64,000 nucleotides of DNA from Azolla caroliniana (taxonomy: Eukaryota; Plantae; Polypodiophyta). The notes under the pieces are model-generated. The model saw only the letters and a list, made by a program, of their open reading frames with translations. It made no database searches and had not been told where the DNA came from. The stretch is taken from positions 17,236,001 to 17,300,000 of the forward strand of contig JBHGNT010000004.1 of NCBI GenBank assembly GCA_043228905.1. The letters are read 5' to 3'. Numbering within the stretch: position 1 is the stretch's first letter; the number at the start of each line of letters is the position of its first letter. A program made the position numbers and the translations under genes. This document shows positions 49,959 through 63,179 of the stretch, piece after piece.

Positions 49959-52900
49959 AATTTGCACCAAACTACAAATACCATCTTCTCCAAATGGACA
50001 ATGGGGGTGTGGGAACATAAACAAAGGAGACTCATTGACTATGAATATTTTGTCCGAACAAGTTTACAAGAGTATCCCATTCTACAACATTGCTCCACAT
50101 CGATCAAATTCAAGATTTTTTTCTCCATATTTCCAATCATAACGTAAACCTACAAGCATTTCTCTCTTGGTTACAATATGTACTATCAACTCCTTCATAA
50201 AATTCTTGAGCATCAAGTGTCAATAACCAACTTCAAACACAACGTGAAAATGTTTCAGTTTGGTTTAGTAGGTCATGTTTGACCTCTAAGGGTGAAATAA
50301 AAGTACCCTATCTTTTGTGATTGTCTGTTGCCCCCAACGCAAAACAATTACCAAAGAATGTCTTGACGCAATCTTCATTGACCATCCAAGTCTATGAAGA
50401 ATGTAATACATTAATAATCATGGTATAAGTTACAACGAAAATGGGCTTCATGAGGAGAAGCATCACTTCCTCCTCATTTAGCGAGAATCTTGAACAAATT
50501 AAGCTTTCCGAGTTTATCTTCGAGTATTGAAATTTCTTTATTGACAATTGGAACAACATTTTCAACTCGGGATGCTTGGCTTGTTTGATTGATTTGTTGT
50601 AATTGTTTTAAACCTTCAAGTTTCACATATTTTTGTACCAATGTATGGTTGTGCTATCAACGAACCATTAGAGTAGTTAGAAATGTGAGATTTGTCACTA
50701 TTAAATTCCCATGAGTGGAACACTTCTAAGGAAATACATAAGGAAATTATCATACTATGTTCATACCTCATGACCCTCGAGATGACTTATTCGTGAATCA
50801 TCATCCACTACACCTTCCTGCAACACCATTCCAACAAATATCTTTCACATTCTGTGGACTAATCATTAATAAAAAAAAGCTATAATCAATCATCTACTCA
50901 AAGTATTTACTATTATCTATTAGTATATTACACATGTATAAATGGAAACAAATGATGTAAGGGTTATACCTTGGCTAGTTTAAACCACTCATTTAAAGCT
51001 AAAAACAAAGATGATATGTCTTTGGGTTCTAGTTGTGTCTCCACTCCCCTGTCGACGATACATCGTAGCTCATGAATCTGCTTAGCCAATTTATTTTCTC
51101 TAATCTTTGAGCGATTGAGTTCTTCTTCCTTTGTGTCTAGAAGCCTAAAAAAATTTTAAATTGTCATACATTGTTGCTCTATGCATGTGTATTTCAATAT
51201 TGATTCACCTTGTAATGAAAATCAACACTGAACATAAATGTGGATACTCCAGTTCTTTGCATCATTTATAAATGATCACAATATATGTAGTACTTTGCAT
51301 CATTGGTAAATGATCACAATAACATATATTATATTTTCGTACTAATCCAATGTTGAGAGCTATTCTTTAGAATCTTAACTCAATATTATTTTAACTTCTT
51401 TTACAAAGTAAATCTGTATATGCATACCTATGCATGTGGTAACCATGATGCATGATGCTTTGTATTTGGATACGCATCATTAGTAAAACCAGATCATATG
51501 CATGCACACTTACGAAACTTTGTATGTTTAAACTTCATTGACAAGGAGAAATGTATCTAGAAATGACTTACTTTTGAAGGCAACTAACAATATTTTCGTC
51601 ATCTTCAAAGCTTGATATTTTCAATGATGCCTCTGGTTGTGAGCTAGTCATGCAATAACTAATTAGATTAAAGGCATTTTGGTAACATGTTTATAGGTTA
51701 AATTTTTTTCATTCCAATTCTAACCTTGGTCGTTTAAGATTACCAATATCTTTTGTACAATGTCTCTTTGGAGAACTAGAACCACATTGATCAAGAAATC
51801 CTTCTTTGGAAACAAGTTGCTTGTTGCCACCTTTATCGTTATTTTGTGCATTACATACTCTTTCCTGTACAAGTTACTTGAATTAATTATCAATTGCTTC
51901 ATACAAATTGTAGATATAAAAAAATAAAATTTGAATATTATTCAAGATCACCCATTGTCCAACTCTCCATAATTGATTTTACCTAGCTTCGATATAAATT
52001 GCATTATATATCCCCTTATGCATAGAGAACAAAGTTTTGTCTCGTGTTATACCCTATGTGGGAAAACAATGATGGCTAAGTCTTAAAAAGAAATGTGATC
52101 TCGTAGAGTCAAGTTTGCTATCATGAATCAAGGAAAATATAAAATGAATATGAATTGAATAAAACTCACCTACATAGAAGATCAATATGTAGAGTTGAAA
52201 TCCCTCATTGATAAGTATGGGGAAATACCCACCCATCACCTACAACGTGAGGCATGGATTATGGTCAAAGAAAGATACTCATCACATACCAATTTTTATG
52301 TTCTTTGGAATCCTATCAGTCATTTAGCCTCCTTATAAGGCAATGCATCACCAACATATCATCACCCTTTCTCAGTCCTTCTCATGGAACTATGTAAAGT
52401 AATACTTCTTAATGCTTCTCGGGCAATGAGAGCTACGTTCAATAAACTCTACCTTCTTAGAAGATATGCGTATCATTACAATTAAGAATAACCTACTTGT
52501 GGTGTCTTCATGTTTGTTTGATTTGAGAATGGCCTTGACCATGAATCTTTTTCCTCCATCATCTTTTGTCTAAACTCCGATTTCATTTGCAACATCTCCA
52601 TCTTCAATTCAACAATCTAATGAAGTGGAAAAAGGCAACCTATCATTAAGATGATAAAAATGCATTACACTCAAATAAATGGACAATGGATGGTAGTTTG
52701 AGGGGATGGATGACAAACCATTTGATAATCATGAGATTGGAGACTATTTTTCTTCCAATGATGATAGGACCTCATAGTTTAATTACCCTTATAATGGAGG
52801 GAACCAAATTGGTCATGAATGGAGAAAGATAGAGAGGGAGGGGTTTGGACCCCAATGGATGTGTTTGATAAAAAAAACTAACCTTTAGGGCAGAAGCCAA

Positions 52901-54548
52901 CTTGAGAGGAAGAACTAACCTTTCGGGGAGAATGCAAATTCATGTATATAATCATTTTAGTTTTAAGTTTAATGCAAAAAGGAATTGTTAATCAATTACT
53001 TGTGTTAATAAGGGATTAGTTAAAATTAATGGAGAGCATTAATGCATTTTGAATAATGTAATATTGTAAACAAATTTAGGAGCAAAGAAAGATTCAAACA
53101 TTGAGCCTCCACGCAATGCATATAGGGGGCTCCCTTCTTCAAATCCTTTTTTCTACCGCCAAGGCATAACTTAAGGTAATATTTGGTGTTATTGGGACAA
53201 AGATGGTGTTGTACGTTTATTTCATGTTGTTCGCTCGGGGGTGATCAATGTTGTTAGTCATCCATAATCCATTCGTTCTCTAATTTCTTATTATTTTGCT
53301 CATTGTTATAAGTTCGGCCATAATATTCCCAAATAGCATACATTTTGAAACCAAGAAAAAATATCCCTTATTTTTCAACGACCTAAATGTTGAGGATATT
53401 AGGAAAGGTCCCTTATCCTTCAATGCATGTGTTTAGTGGGCATTCTAAATGTTTTCCTATCTAAAGGCACAATATAAGAACATACCTTGATTGGACTTTA
53501 TATTATTAAAGAGAGTGTTTCCTAAGACATTGGGCTGCCATGAGAAGTTCACAAGGAAGGTTTCAAAGTATTAATGTCATTTAACAAATAGAATGGAGAA
53601 ATTGGAATATTGAGATGAATCATTGCATTTTCTTCATTGAAGTTTTCTTCGTCCATTAAGTAATTTCATCATTGAGAATTTGTCGCAAAACAAGTTGGCA
53701 GTCGATGATCTGGACAATATTGAGTATTTGTCATAGATAGACACTTGATTAAAGAAGGCAAGTAGACATTATGTAAGCATCTTTGTTGCATGTAGGCGTT
53801 TGATTAAGAAGGTTAAAGCTCATTACTTGGTGTAACAAAGCCACAAATACAACTTATCAGTAGTGGATGAGCATCTAGAGAAGATTGCCATTGTGAATGG
53901 CTCAACTAGAATACAACTACTCAAGATCGTCCACATCTAGTGATACATATTCGACTATGTAATTAATAGCAAACATTTTCACAAACTATTACTTTTGACA
54001 TACCTGAACCTCGTACTTAGTTGCACACTCTAATAGTGATATCTCAAGCTCCTTAACTTTTGCTTCATAAGACTTGGTATCACTCTAGTGACAAAACTTC
54101 GAAGTGTTACATAAAATTTTGTGTGACTAGTAGATAAAAATGTTTCATTTAAATTGACCGAGTTATATTACATTGTGGTGAGACAAAAGTGGAAATGTCA
54201 TATACCTTGTCATCCTGGTGAGCATGGTGAAAGGGATCTCGCACATTGTTCAAGAGAGACCCTTGAGGTAATTTAGAAGGTAAAAAGACGAGAACAAAAG
54301 TCAGCAAGCAGGAAGATCAAAATGCACAAAGCTTTTTATGTTTTTTTAAAGGCCCCCGATATTTTTAAAAAATTGTTTGTTGTTGTTGTATATGCCCCCG
54401 AGTTTTTGTGATTTCCTAAGGCACTCCTCTTGAACCAAAAACTTGGGATACGGGTGGTCAACGTGAGATAGATAGATATCTTTGTTAATGTCCATTGGAG
54501 ATCAAATTGTGATATATATGAGATGGGACCTAAACTGCCAATGTGGAA

Positions 54549-54692
54549 TCATGTCCCACGGTGTAGACCACCAAGCCTATAGCCAGAGAAACTCGTGGGC
54601 ATGTCCATGGCATCATCGGAGAAATAATGAAACCTCAGGTGTAGGGGCATCTTGGGGAAATAACAAAAACGCGAGGCTATAATTGAAATTAT

Positions 54693-54726
<34 letters not shown>

Positions 54727-56410
54727 GTATAATATACATACCTCCATTGGTATTGGAGGGACCTCTTGCCCATGGTGGGCCTGCAGACCTCACGCCATTG
54801 CGATTGTTATTTTGGTTAGCGCTGCTGTATATAGCATTGGCTCGATGGTGGCCATAGCCATAACGATCGAATCTTATCCCGACTTGATCATCACTGTCCC
54901 GGTGATTATTCGTACCCAGCCTAGTCTGGCTACGAGAAATAGGGTTAGGTTTCGGATGTAAACAGGTATTAGAATTAGGGTTGGAGTGAGGGCTGTAATT
55001 GAGGCAAAGTGTGGGTGAGTTAGGGTTGGGCTTAGGATTATAGTTAAGGCAAGGGGTGGGGGCATTAGAGTTGGGCTTAATGTTATAGTTAAGGCGAGGG
55101 CTTGTAGAAATGGGGATAGGGTTAGCGTTATAGTTAAGATAGCGAGGGGTGGGAGATTTTGGGGTAGGCCTAGGGTTATAATGAAGGCGAGGGGTAGGAG
55201 AATTAGGGTTACGGGTAGGGGAAGGGCTTGTAGAACTAGAAGTAGAATTAGGATTAGGATTAGGGTTAGGATAAAGAGAATTTGAAGTAGGGTTAGGATT
55301 AGGAGGAACAGAAGGAGAGCGAGGGGTAGGAGAATTAGGGTTACAGTTAGGGGAAGGGCTTGTAGAACTAGAAGTAGAATTAGGATTAGGATTAGGGTTA
55401 GGATAAAGAGAATTTGAAGTAGGGCTAGGATTAGGAGGAACAGAAGGAGAGCGAGGGGAAATAGAACTATTAAGGTTAGGGCTGGAGTAATAAAGGATGT
55501 CACCGGGCTCCGCAGGGCTCTGCATAATAATACTGTTACGGGAGATATTTAGGTCAGGGCTGCTATGGCGATGGATGGTTATACGATGATGGCCAGCATC
55601 GCATTCATCATCAGCGTCATCATCATCATCCTCATCGTTGTCATCACCATTTACGTCTGTTGCAGTAAAAGTCTGTTGCGCGGCGCTCAATCGCTGAGCA
55701 CCATCATCATAATCATCATCACCACAATCATCATCATCAGCATCAGCATCACCATGTACAGCATTATAATCACGTCGTAATTTGGTATCCACTCGCTCCA
55801 TCCCCGCCGCTTCAAATCCGCAGGCGAGAGAAGAGAGTCCGCCGCCGCCGCCGTACGTGGTGCAGCTGGCTGGCCTCTTCCACGGCCGTACCATTAGCTG
55901 GAGTCCATCGTGGATGCGGTGGATGTTGTGATTGGGGGTAGTGGAATGCGTGTGGGGATTGTCGGCGTGGACCTCGCTCTGCACATGCTGGCGCTCGTCT
56001 GTTGTGTCGGGGGAGGAGGAGGAGGAGGAGGAGGAGGGGAGGGCGGCGGCGGCGGCGGCGGCGTTTTTCCCAGGACTAGGAGGAGCAGAACACCGTCTCT
56101 GCGCGGTGTATGCCGGTGATGGCGATGGCGATGGCGAGGGGTACGGATCCGTCGTCGTCGTGCTCCTCCTCCTCCTCATGGTCATGGTGAGGAGGCTGTT
56201 GTTGGCGCCGCGGGTCGGGGAAGGCGGCTCAGGGTGGGATGGTGGGCCCGTGCGCTTCTTCTTCTTCGAGAGATTGAGATGGTGGGATGATTGGCAGTAA
56301 TTGTATGAAGACGACGCTGGCCTTCTTGCCATGGCGGCGGCGGCGGCGGCGGCGGCGGCTGCAGAAGAAGAAGAAGGTGGCGGCGGCGGCGGGGGACATG
56401 GCGAACTCAT
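54549..56410 (-). CDS. Low-complexity, probably disordered Pro/Ser/Asn-repeat protein, 2 exons, about 598 aa, function unknown
   Basis: A 1.67-kb open frame runs from ATG 56410 to the donor AG|GTATGT at 54742. A 65-nt intron follows, then an in-frame exon 54676-54549 ending TGA. The simple repeats within the exons are tri- or hexanucleotide and so preserve frame, whereas the (CA)n dinucleotide run falls in the intron. Confidence 0.68.
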
Positions 56411-56559
56411 CCTCTCCACATTCTCCCAAACTATTTTGTGATACGAGGGGGTCTTATATTTATTTATTTATTTATTTGTTTAGTTTTACTCAACAAAATT
56501 CTTATGTAGTTTGGGTCGTGTCTTGATGATTTTACATAAAAAAGAAAGAAAATGACACA

Positions 56560-56745
56560 CACATGACGGACGGACGGACGGACGGACGTCTCTCCATATC
56601 ATCCCGTCGCCACAGACACAGACATAGACAGACACAGACACAGACACAGACACAGACACAGACATAGACGGTCGCAACGAAGATCTCCTTTCCGGAATCA
56701 ATCAATCAATCAATCCTTCCTTCCTTCTTCCATCCCATCCCATCC
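56560..56745. repeat. Cluster of simple repeats (GACG, GACACA, ATCA, TTCC, CCATC) in the short region between the divergent genes
   Basis: The repeats are directly visible between 56410 (minus gene start) and about 56780 (plus gene frame start). Confidence 0.85.
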
Positions 56746-56779
56746 CTTGATTCTTTCTTGGAACAGGAGGGATAAATGA

Positions 56780-59700
56780 TGCAGTCCGCCTCTGCCATCG
56801 CAGAATCCTTCCTGCTGCTACCTTCTTCTTCCTCCTCCTCCTCCTCCTTCCCATTCATGTGGCTTCTTCCGCTCCTCTGCGTATGTTGCTGCGTCCTCCT
56901 CTTCTCCCGCCACCACCACCACCACCACCAGCTCCCCTCCATCCTCCTCCTCCTCCTCCTCCTCCCCTATCAATGCAGACCTTCATCTTCCACAACCAAA
57001 CGTTGCTGCCGTTGCTCCTTCCTCCCCTTCAAGCTTCTCATCAGACGTTGCCCCTGCCTCGTGTTTTCACGCCCCAAGGCCTGCTTCTTGTGCCACAAGC
57101 TTTCGTTGCTCTACCACTGCCGCTTCTACCACATCTCTCCATTCCACTAAACTCGACTTTTCTTCTGCTTCCGTAACAAAACTCGACGCTCCGCCTTCAA
57201 AACGTGCCCCTGCTACATCCATAACAGGACTTGATTCTCCGCCTTCAATCCATGCTTCTTCTACAAGCTTTCCCTATGTAACTGAGCTTCATCAGCCTTT
57301 CCAGAAGGATCTGAGGGCCTCCCTCCCTACAGATGTGGATGAATCTATTAGGCCGAGCAGTGCTGGTTTCCATGATCCATTTGGCTCATGGGAAAAAGAT
57401 GGTCCTAGTTTCTCACCGTTGAGTAGCTCTGCTTATAATTGCTCCGGCGTGGGTACTGTTGGTTTACCATGGCGTCCTAGCTTTAAAACAACAAGGGAGA
57501 TGCTGAAGAGACGGCCTGCGACTGCTATCAAAATGACCTACATGTCTGTTAAAGAAAAAGTGGACCGAGAAGTAGATGCAAATAATCTTGCAATGGTAAG
57601 CCTCACCTAAAAACTCATATGTTTCCTCATTTCATTAGCATTATCTTTGTGTTTACAGTGTGAGATATTTGTATGATTATCCCAGTATGATAGTACAAGG
57701 GGGATGTAAAACCTGTATTAATTAGAGACATGCTTGATGAAGGGAATTCTGCTTGGACCATCTATCGACCATCATGTGCAACGTTGTAATCTTCTTGATT
57801 GTGAATGTTGGCAATGCAATACATGAACTTTGAACTTTCATCGAACCCATAGTCGAGGTTTCGCAATGTTGGTGCCAGGAAGGCTAAACTGTGCTATATC
57901 CCGTCTACTATGTGCACAAATTGACATGTCCGGTGTCCAATTTCAGTGTTCAATGGAGTATAGAATCAGGACGTCATGGACCATGGTATGGACTTCATGG
58001 CTAGACTATTCACTGAGGGAAACCACATTTTCTGATCTCAGTGGTATAAATAGAATAAAGTTGTGTTTCTTACTTCCATAAAGAGATAGGCGATCCTATC
58101 ATAGCCATAGTTTCTTTCTCAGTCTACATACCATATTATTCTGATTGTTATTTTCCTCCATGCCCCGTCTAAGTTCTCTATTATCTTTTTGATTTGTATG
58201 AATTGATCGAATATTGATCATTATCATCGTTGAATCATTATGCTCCAATCTGCAGCCCACCAAGCTTAATTAATATTGCAAGAAGTTGATACTTGACACA
58301 TCTTCTAATACCACACATTGAGATGAGTGACAGTTTTTATATTTCCGAAAGTTACCTGTCATGATAACAGTTGCAGCAATATTAGTCCTGCCGAAATTTT
58401 TCCACAATTTTTAGTGTTTGTACAATTTGGCAACGCAACTTCATGATGAACAAAAAGTGAGTTTCTGGAGATTGTTTGTGGGGTCTGATTACCCATCACA
58501 TGTTGCATTTTTGGAATAGAATTGATTTACATGTGAATGTACTAGAAGAATGCGCACGAAGAATTGAGACATTGTAAAGCTAATTTTGTTTTAACACTGA
58601 AATTGTCATCAAGCATCTTTGTGTACTAGAACGCCTTTGCAATGAATAGAAATTGCAAAATATGTGGCCAAATGTATAGGCAGACCTTTGCTACACTATA
58701 TGACATTTGGGGCAGAGTGTATCCTCTTCAGAGGAACACGTGGAACAAAGTTTTTCCAATATCATATTATCTAGTATGCCTAAATATATTTTTCATGTGC
58801 AATCAGTATCATTCATAATATATGTTTGGTTAGAGCAAACTGCATATACAAAACGTTATTTTTGACTTTTGAAATTTGTACATAATATCGTCTCCTCAAT
58901 AATGAACCATGGCATTCAATTTATGGAATGAACCTAAAACGAGAATATGTTCTGTTTCTTAGATCCCCATGCATTTCTTACAATAAATAGAGAATGTGTC
59001 CAAGCAGGTAACCTTGCAGTCAGCACAGACAATAAATAGAAGGTCCTCTGTTTCAAGTTCAAGGTATCAAAACTCACGTGCTGGGTTGATGTGTGCATAA
59101 ATATTCACCAGCAAATTCTAATTGTGTGGATGACTTCGAATTTATGGTTGAGATAAAACCATTTTTGATTGGAGCACATGTGAGAAGGATCCTAAAAAGT
59201 TTCCATGATATATGCACATTAAAAATTGGATCACTGTGCATTGAGGAAGATATCTCTACGTCGTATATTTCAAGTATATGTTTTAGATGATAGGAAACGC
59301 TAAAGATGACTGCTGAGAAAATATCAAGTTTTAGTATCGATTTTGAATGCTGCCGCTTCTTTGTGTTTTGTGCAGTTCATCTAATCGCAAGCCTATTGTT
59401 GGGAGTCATGATCGCAAGTGGGTCTATGAAGCTAACACAGTGACACATGAAGAACAGGTGAGCAATCTGAAGCACTATTATCAATTTACTTCCAAATCTC
59501 CCGTTAGAGTCTTCTGAAATGGGGGGTTTGTTTTATTGGCTTCAGTTTTTCTTTTCTTTTCTTGACATTTGACCCTTCAGCTACGATCTTGTCTGTAATG
59601 TACTGATCCTTATGTTAATGTAACAATCCTTCTTGCTCTTCTCCATTGCAAGCTCAAGCTTGCTTTCACTCTTTCTCTGTTCTCATAATTATTTGTACAT

Positions 59701-61903
59701 CTTTTCCCACTGAGAGCTGGAACATATTAACGGTGCTGATTTTAGAGAGTAATGTCTCTTTGTCGTAATAACAACGTAGACAACATTTAGAGTGAAGATG
59801 GGTCTGGGATCTATGTATCTTAACTCCATAAAAGCAAACCACTTATTCCCTTGTCTGAAATGTAATGTCATCAATATACCATCTGGACATGTTTTAGTTT
59901 GATTTCCATATGTATTGTTTTCTTTTCACGAACTTGAAATGTGGCAGCTTAAGGATATAATCAGAAACCTGGAGAACTGTAAGAAAAAATGGGAGAACGA
60001 TGGGAACTATTTGCAAGCTGCAACAGTTGCTAAACAGCTTCAAGCTTTAAAGGTATCTACATTAATAGTTTCATAGAAGTTATCAATGTTGGATCTTCTT
60101 CTGATTTCCAAAACATATTTTTAGATATTCTTAGAAAATAAGAGAAGGACAACGATGCTGAAAGCACACTGCAAAGAAAAAGAAGATGCTGAATCTGCAT
60201 ATAAAGCTGAACTTAATGAAAAGAATAAAGTAAAATTTCCGTCTGGTTGATATGGTGGCAGAAATAGAATCTCCCCACATATTATAACAGTATATGTCAT
60301 ATAACTCCATAAATGCATGTGTTTGTGTTTCCTTTGCTTCGTATATATTTGAATCTGATACCCAATGACCATCGAGAAAATGATTGGCTGTTTTATATCT
60401 CCTTGAAGTGGTTGGATTGGTTTTTCTTTAAGCAACAAATTTATGCACTGCAAAATATATAAACTGATAGATAACGGTGTGGGTTTTACATTAGTGTCGA
60501 AACCCAGTGTAAATTGTGTAGGGTAAGCATATATCTTCCCTAATATGAGTGAGATAAAGCTTAACTAGTGACTCAAGAGGACTGAATAATTACTTCAGAG
60601 TATGTGCCAAATGATAGAATCATCATCAAGCATACTCATCCTCATTCTCAAAAAGTCTGCACTGTAGTCCATGAAGGCTTAGTGAGGAAATTGAAGCACT
60701 AGGATTGAAAACCAGAGTTGGAACCGTGAGTGAGTATTTGTTGGAAAATGTAACTATACTGTCCAAATAGAAGAAAGATGGATTGAAAACTTTTATGAAT
60801 TTGTGATCATCATGCCTAATTGTCATATTTCTTAAGGTATCGTGACATGCTACTCATGGAGGGGTTCTTTTGTGGATTATTTTTGAAGTTCATAAATTTA
60901 ACTTGGTGTATGTGCCGGCTCATTCAGCTTTGGAAAGGAAGGTTCAAGGTTTTCCAGGATGAAGTCATACAGCATGCCCAGTTTTTGAAGCAACAGCACG
61001 CTATTGCGTTGCAAAGCTTTAGGAATAAAATGTACAGAAGAATCCCCAAAAAACCTCAACTTTCACGGGACTTACTTAATGAAAGGAAGGTTCAGGTAAT
61101 GTAGCCGTTTTGAAGCAAACTTAGTTCAAACATTTGCAGTGTGTTTCTTCCCTAGCTTTTCCTAAAAAGCAAGCAATATATATGAACATACATCTGCGAT
61201 CTTGATAAGTGTTTTCTCCATAGTATGCGTTTGATGCACACTGATAAGGCTTACATGACATGATATTCAGCATCTTTTAGTCTCTTCATCATGATTTATG
61301 TTAAGCGGTTTATATTTCTGTGGATTGCAGACATTTCTTGGCAAACAAGGCAAATATCTAGAAGCTCAGACAGTAAAGAGCCATGCTGATCATAAGGAGT
61401 TCAAAGAATTGCAAGCGACGCTGGATGCCTTTCAATGCGAGGTTTCACTGAAAGAACGAGCATTGAAAGCAAAACAACAATCAGAGATGTCAATCTTACT
61501 TCAGCGTGCAGCTCAAACTCGGGATGAGTTTAGAAAGAACAAGGAAAATGATATTGCATGCTGCATTCAGGTAATAATCTTAAGCTCTTTCCAACTCTCT
61601 TGTTGACTTAATAGTTTTACCCTTTGAAAAACATATATTTCATGCTCTCTAAACATGCAGCGCCATAAGCACATACTAGGAGACCTTGATGTTCTGCACA
61701 AGCAAGAAAGGCTCAAATTCGAACAACGGATGAAGAAGATAATCCGGGAATTCCGAGCTGTAGGCGGAGAAATGAGGGATTTGAGTCATGCCATGGAGAA
61801 GTTGGTTGTACCTGCTGTAACAACAGAAAGTGGTGGTATTGTGGAAGACTTTGCATCATCATCGAAGTTGGAGACCTTAAATATTGGAAGCTTATCACGA
61901 TGA
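56780..61903 (+). CDS. Coiled-coil protein with a UVR-like helical hairpin, resembling an uncharacterised family of ciliated eukaryotes; start uncertain
   Basis: The exons are 56780?-57595, 59020-59063, 59376-59457, 59948-60052, 60125-60229, 60928-61095, 61331-61570 and 61661-61903, all phase-compatible with GT-AG introns. The protein includes LENCKKKWENDGNYLQAATVAKQLQALK and KPQLSRDLLNERKVQTFLGKQGKYLEAQTVK. The last five exons are the most secure. Confidence 0.85.
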
Positions 61904-63179
61904 TGATAACTATAGCTCAAAAGGAATGTCTACAAAGTGGAAATTTGAGTGCTTCAATGTTGGGGGCTTATCCAGATGATAGCTCATCAAGAATTTGTTA
62001 ATCCAAGAAATTTATGGATAGTGATGAAAATTAATTTTTTCACCCGTCTGTATAATGTCATTTAGCATGCAGAAGAGGCAAAGACACGAGAGAGATTATA
62101 TATAATCACTATTTTCTTGCATTGCAAAATGTAAAGGGGATTTTGATTTCTTCTTTATGTACTGATTGGTGTTTATTCTACTCCATAAAATTGTCAGAGT
62201 GTTAAAATATCTGCCCCTCCCTTCTAAGGCCCAATAAAACAAACGTAAAGCGTTGTTTTCTTCTCCGGAATCAACAAAACTACAAACAACAAGGTTTGGG
62301 GAGGAAAGAATGGATAGCTCCCATTGGAACCTTGTTGAGAAGGCGCAAACGGAGGGGTGGGTGGGTAAGCACTCCATACATACTCTGTAATGCTCCTTAA
62401 AAGAACACTTGGAGCTATTGAGCTAGACAAGCATACCATTCGAAGGTAGGCATTACGATCACCTACTATGCACGTTTACTTGTGAGATTTGAAGTTGGCA
62501 TTTGAAACTAGATAGACCACGTAGGTACATTGCACCCAATGAAAAGATACAAAAATGTGCATCCTCACGTTGTGACATGTAGTGATCATGGCCATTTGAC
62601 AAAGCTCACCCTCACTTGCCTTATTTATAGACTAGGACCACTACCATTTTGACAAATCCATCTTTTTAGTCATGCTAATGTGTTCTCTATGAGACATGCA
62701 TAGTATTGACCATACACCAATAGGAGACACTTGCAATTCTCCTTTTTTGGGAGAAGGATGTGACTAATGATTAAGCAAATGGACGTACAATCAAAGGAAA
62801 GAAATGGATTAAGGGCACTTTTTCTCCATAGATGGGTTTTCGAAGTCGACATACGTGATTTGGGAATTGAACACTTTCAAAGTAGGGTGGTTGTTGCATG
62901 TAGAATTATTCATTGATTTCACCATGTAAAAATGCCATTTGAACGTCTAAATGATGAAGTTCAAGGTTTAATGATGCAACAAGTCCCACGAGCATACGAA
63001 ACGACTTTATCTTTAGAGTGGGGCTAAAAGTAACTTTGAACTCAATTCCAGGTACTTGCAAGAATCCTCTTGCAACGAGTCAAGCTTTATAATGGAAAGG
63101 CTTGCAAAGAGAATCTCATTTAACTCAGAGTACCCACTTACACGTGACTATCTTCCGGTGTCGTGATGTGGCGTGCTCG

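Noticed and set aside
50000-54300. Possible old DNA-transposon remnants (hAT or Harbinger-like)
   Set aside because: There are coding-like patches, but I could not identify a TIR, TSD or catalytic motif.
54874-55503. 209-aa very hydrophobic Leu/Ile ORF overlapping the Pro-Asn gene
   Set aside because: It is the alternative-frame reading of the same hexamer repeats and has no independent support.
58415-58456. Possible extra 42-nt in-frame exon (CLYNLATQLHDEQK) of the coiled-coil gene
   Set aside because: The splice sites are plausible, but the gene model is complete without it and there is no homology support.
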